64,000 nt of DNA from Squalus acanthias (Eukaryota), in assembly GCA_030390025.1 (NCBI GenBank), contig CM059447.1, forward strand, positions 23,126,001-23,190,000, written 5' to 3'. Of this stretch, positions 63,491 through 64,000 are shown piece after piece. Within the stretch, counting starts at the first letter, position 1; the number at the start of each line of letters is the position of its first letter. The notes under the pieces were generated by a model. The model made no database searches and was not told the DNA's origin. It saw only the letters and a list, made by a program, of their open reading frames with translations. The translations under genes were made by a program, and so were the position numbers.

Positions 63491-64000
63491 ATGACGATAC
63501 CTAATTAAAATTTCATAATATGGTTTCCAATTTTCCTTTCTGAGCACCTTGTACATGAAGTACATACTTTTTGTGAATTTCAATTACAAAAACAAAATTT
63601 TGTCTAATTTAATGCGCATTATAATGCAGTAAAATTAAGACAAACCTCTTCTTCATTACTATGACTGCTGTTACTACTAAAAGGTTGAGAATTCTACCGT
63701 TAAGAGAGTGCAGGATACAAGTAATATTCCTGCCTTCAAATAAAATTTAGTAAGGTTGACCAAAATAAAATTATTTTCTTGGTTCATATGTCTCCAAAAG
63801 AAGAATTCTATTCTTGAATGGCGCAAAAGAAAACCACAACACAATGTGTGATGTTTAATAAAAGAATCGACCTGTTGTAGAAAATGGTGGGTTATTCTAC
63901 TCCTAAAATATAGTGGCAATATTGTGTATTAGTGCTCAACTCCTGTGAGAAACTTAAAAAGAACTTGGTGTGGCATATTGAGCCGCTGCAACACTATTTC

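Overview
Vertebrate genomic DNA, almost certainly from a cartilaginous fish (shark-type repeats: HE1 V-SINE, CR1/HER1, SacSINE-like DeuSINE, Neptune-type Penelope elements). The window holds the 5' end of a minus-strand TNRC6/GW182-family gene, best matching TNRC6C. I can read a CpG-rich promoter at about 46.2-47.2 kb and four small coding exons (46485-46489, 46124-46171, 15822-15921, 15685-15706). They splice in frame to MREPEFKAAKEPQEEIKSEKEQETKEEDRLMEEKKKKKQEEKKKKEAAQKKAAEHKTK; the rest of the gene lies left of the window. None of these exons appears in the ORF track. The remainder is intron or upstream DNA full of transposon remains: CR1, L2, Penelope, several SINE families, PIF/Harbinger MITEs with a Harbinger transposase relic, and a Tc1/mariner-type MITE. 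I see no demonstrably new multi-gene system. The best leads are a stop-containing cassette exon resembling exon 2, a strong uORF, two intact minimal hammerhead ribozyme motifs, long hairpins in the introns, and LF-SINE-like elements. All family assignments are from memory of consensus sequences, not database searches, and repeat boundaries are approximate unless a TIR or TSD is quoted.
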